Source: Selaginella moellendorffii (lineage: Eukaryota; Plantae; Lycopodiophyta). From it: DNA of 64,000 bases. Shown piece after piece: positions 60,820 through 64,000 of the stretch. The stretch is taken from assembly GCF_000143415.4 (NCBI RefSeq), contig NW_003314348.1:748062-812061 (forward strand), given 5' to 3'. Both the position numbers and the translations under genes were made by a program. How positions within the stretch are numbered: position 1 is the stretch's first letter; each line of letters begins with the position of its first letter. A model generated the notes under the pieces. It was not told the origin of the DNA, did no database searches, and saw nothing but the letters and a program-made list of their open reading frames with translations.

Positions 60820-61794
60820 ATGAGGCTTTTGGGGCAACGACCAGTGGATAGTCATGAACGAGCAGCGGAGATTGCTGTACAATCGCTCAACATACTCAAA
60901 GGCATGTCGGTCAAGGCGCCAGATCCTGGGCGGCTGGATGAGTGCCTCACATGTTTGGCGTTTAGTTCATGGCAAGGGATGTCGAAGCAGGAAATCTTGG
61001 GCACGCTGCTGCGTTTAGGGGTAACAGTCGATTACTTAGCTTCGAAGCACAGGGTTCTTCTGAGCAGGCTGACTGAAAGGCCAGTGGAGAAGCCGCTCCC
61101 CTCAGTCGATGATCACAAGCGACGCCGCAGCTTGCAGCAAGCTAAGCAGGAGAAGCAGCAGCTGCTGAGTTTCTACAAGCTGCTGGATGCATGGAAGCCC
61201 AGCCGCTGGAGCAGGAGTAGTCACCGCCTGAAGAAAGCCTACTCAAGCCTGATGGATGAGGCTAAGCCTCAGGCTGAGGCAGCCATGCGGAAGAAGTGCC
61301 GTGGCCTGCTGTTGGAGAGGAGCAGTGGCAATGACTTCTTCATCTTCAACAACCTGTTCATGAGCTGCTCGATGAGGGGATTCCAGATGCTGGCGATCCA
61401 ACTGACAATGAATAGTCAGTACCTACATGCGCTCAAGAGAAAGGCGAGCAGTAGCAGCAGCAGCCTGGCCTTACTCCTCGAGTTCTTGTCGCGCTTCCTT
61501 GAGCTCATGTTGGGAGGAATCCTGTTACGGATGAGGGACCTGCGCCTCGTGTTCATACACTGGTGCGCCGTGTTGCTGGAGGAAGTGGAGGTTGCCGAGT
61601 CCAACATTTGCTGGAAGCACCTCATCGAGCTCTCCACCACGCTTCTCAGCGAGGACGAGGAGAAGCTGTTGCAGCTCCTCTGCAAAACCTGCCGCCCCAC
61701 CAATCACCTCCTCCACGGCATGCGGGTTGCTAGGAAGAACACCAACGCGGAAATTAGATCACACGGCCCGAATATTGTGAATGTTTTGTATTAA
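60820..61794 (+). CDS. Uncharacterised intronless ORF (lineage-specific, predicted helical)
   Basis: ~325-codon ORF with GC-rich codon usage like the neighbouring genes. No recognised motif. Confidence 0.4.
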   Translation: MRLLGQRPVDSHERAAEIAVQSLNILKGMSVKAPDPGRLDECLTCLAFSSWQGMSKQEILGTLLRLGVTVDYLASKHRVLLSRLTERPVEKPLPSVDDHKRRRSLQQAKQEKQQLLSFYKLLDAWKPSRWSRSSHRLKKAYSSLMDEAKPQAEAAMRKKCRGLLLERSSGNDFFIFNNLFMSCSMRGFQMLAIQLTMNSQYLHALKRKASSSSSSLALLLEFLSRFLELMLGGILLRMRDLRLVFIHWCAVLLEEVEVAESNICWKHLIELSTTLLSEDEEKLLQLLCKTCRPTNHLLHGMRVARKNTNAEIRSHGPNIVNVLY

Positions 61795-64000
61795 ATTTAA
61801 CAATACATTGGATTATATTGAATTGTGTTACCAGGAGTCTGGATGATTTGTCTTTGGAGTAGTCACTTTAATAATAACCATCAATTGCATGGAAAATTCC
61901 TGACTCACATGGGTGTAATCTGCGCTCTAGTTCTTTGTATGGAAGAACATACGGAATTGGGCAACATCCTCCACAAACCTAATGACATTTTACCTGCAAA
62001 AATCCACCCAGCAGGTACTTTACATATGAATTAGGAAAGACTAACCTCACTAGTGTGGCAAGGGAATAGGGAATAGAAAACATTGGGTAGAATTTATTAT
62101 AGGAGATGGCCATCTTGTAGATGCAGGAAGTGTTTTCTCCCGATGAGCACCTGCAGTGTGAGCTGTGTGATCTATCCTGGTTCTTGTAAAATAAAGCTAC
62201 GTAGAAATGAATCAAATATAGAGCTGGAAGGCTGACATAGCTTCTGCCTCTTAGTAAAGAATATTCTATTAGAATATATATTATTGCTTAATTGATTGAT
62301 CTTAAAAAATGCTAAGAATACTCTTATGTAATAAATTAAAATTGTGAGGTCCTAAGTGTATGGCTATGATGCTATATATTAATATTAAATTAGTTTCAAA
62401 CTAGGTTTTTGGGTTTATTGATATACTTATTTCTATATTTAATTTCCATATTCCATGCATTCATATTATAGAGGTGATGGGTAATTTTGATTATCCTTGA
62501 GGAGTGCTTAGATTTGGGATTTTGGTTTAGATTTAAATTTTGCATTGTTTAAATCTCTTTTTCCTTATAATTTTTTAAATTTTTTCTCTTTTACTTCTTC
62601 CTTTTCATTCATCTTTATAGTAGAGTTACAATTTCTTCCTTTTTTAACTTTGGAGTAACAATTAGTGTAATTATTCGATGCTATGTGGTTGTAATTAAAC
62701 AATCAAACTCAAATGATAGTACCATTCATGACATATGATATAATTTATTGCCAATCTTTGTGTCTAGTTGGAGTTCTTCTATAAGAATTCTAAAGATAAT
62801 GTGTATCAGTAGTTCAATCAATTTACAGTGATTATCACATATCATTTTTTAGATGATGTTGGTGTTTATGTGAGTTTCCCATGTATTTTTAAGGGACAAC
62901 ATTGTAATGGTACAATAGTTTAAATGCAATCACTTATGCAGATTGGAATATTCTTCCAGATATTTTTAAATGCATATTTAGACATATCAATGATTGTGTT
63001 GATGCCTTTTAATAATTACATTATTTTAATTAAAAGCCATTTTAACTTAGTGATGCAATTTGGTGCTTGATTTTGAAGCTTTTTGTTTCATGCAAAGCCA
63101 AATATGTCAGAATGGATCAAATTAGGAATGTTATGGTGAATATTTTGTCAAAATTTTGTAAAACTTGTGTATGCACTTATTTTAGCCACTTTTGATAATA
63201 TATGAGATGTTGCCTCTTCTACTTTTCGATATATGTCTTTTAACTCCATTTCACATGGGAGATGGTTTTGTTCTAATGGAGGTTCTAATGGATGTGGTTG
63301 TGGCCTTGATATCCACTATTAGGCATCTAATGAAGTTGATCATATTTATCAATGTTGGTATTTTCTAAATTGATAACTTGTATTTCTTAGGTGGAGTATT
63401 AGGTGTAACATATGTAATTTTCACTCTTTATCCTATGCTGATTTATCATTACCATAGAATAACCACAAAATAAAACTTAAACTCTTTATGTGCCACATGT
63501 TATATACTATATGTCTAAAGATAATGGAACATGTCTAAAGACAGTGGAACGAAATTTAAATTTTAAAACTTTAAGCCACTGAATGAAGGAATAGAGCTAA
63601 ATTCTAAAACTTACACTTAAGGAGCGAATGAATTAGAGCACAAAACAACTCCTTAAACATTCAGCCCAAAGAACAAAGAAATAGAAACATAGAACGACAT
63701 TGAAACAATTTTAAAGCTTTTAGCCTCCCAATGCCAAAATCAACACACAAAATCAAGCCAAATAAAGTATAATGTTATTTCAGCATACCAGTGAAAGATA
63801 AATGATAAATAGTTAATTATTTATTGATGGCAAACATATATGAATAAGAGTCAATAAGAATGATTTACTTTGGTATGCTTATGTTTTGCCAAAGAAGCCA
63901 AAGAGACCTTTGATAGCTTTGACGGCATTCTCATTGAATATAGGCTCGTCATACTTGTCAATCAACGCTTTAAATTCCGGTGATGCTCTCAAGCTTGCCA

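Noticed and set aside
56792-62056. CACTAG motifs at ~56792 and ~62049 as CACTA transposon ends
   Set aside because: No extended matching terminal inverted repeats, target-site duplication or transposase could be confirmed.

Overview
Gene-dense eukaryotic (land-plant) nuclear DNA with very short GT-AG introns (mostly ~45-70 nt), tiny intergenic gaps and intronless short-repeat PPR genes. This style strongly suggests the lycophyte Selaginella (inference). About 20 protein-coding genes can be read. In order: RING E3 (runs off left edge), MKK6-like MAPKK head-to-head with a CTR1-like Raf kinase, PTPA, U-box kinase, an uncharacterised plastid-type protein, a pyruvoyl-dependent arginine decarboxylase-like gene, PPR, SEC10, DUF3754, divergent AUX1/LAX, kinase-less bulb-lectin/PAN membrane protein, PTPMT1-like phosphatase, GH32 invertase, COI1-like F-box, second GH32 invertase, PPR, coiled-coil orphan, polyamine oxidase, plastid DnaJ, and an 11S-legumin-like bicupin. 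There are also two tRNA genes, degraded LINE remnants and an AT-rich, gene-poor right end. Best leads: (1) an intron-containing, prokaryote-type (Chlamydia AaxB/archaeal PdaD-like) pyruvoyl-dependent arginine decarboxylase in a vascular plant; (2) an isolated chloroplast-type tRNA-Pro(UGG) gene carrying nuclear Pol III signals; (3) a legumin-like storage protein with a seed-type RY+ABRE promoter in a seedless plant. Family assignments come from motif recognition by eye, not from database searches.
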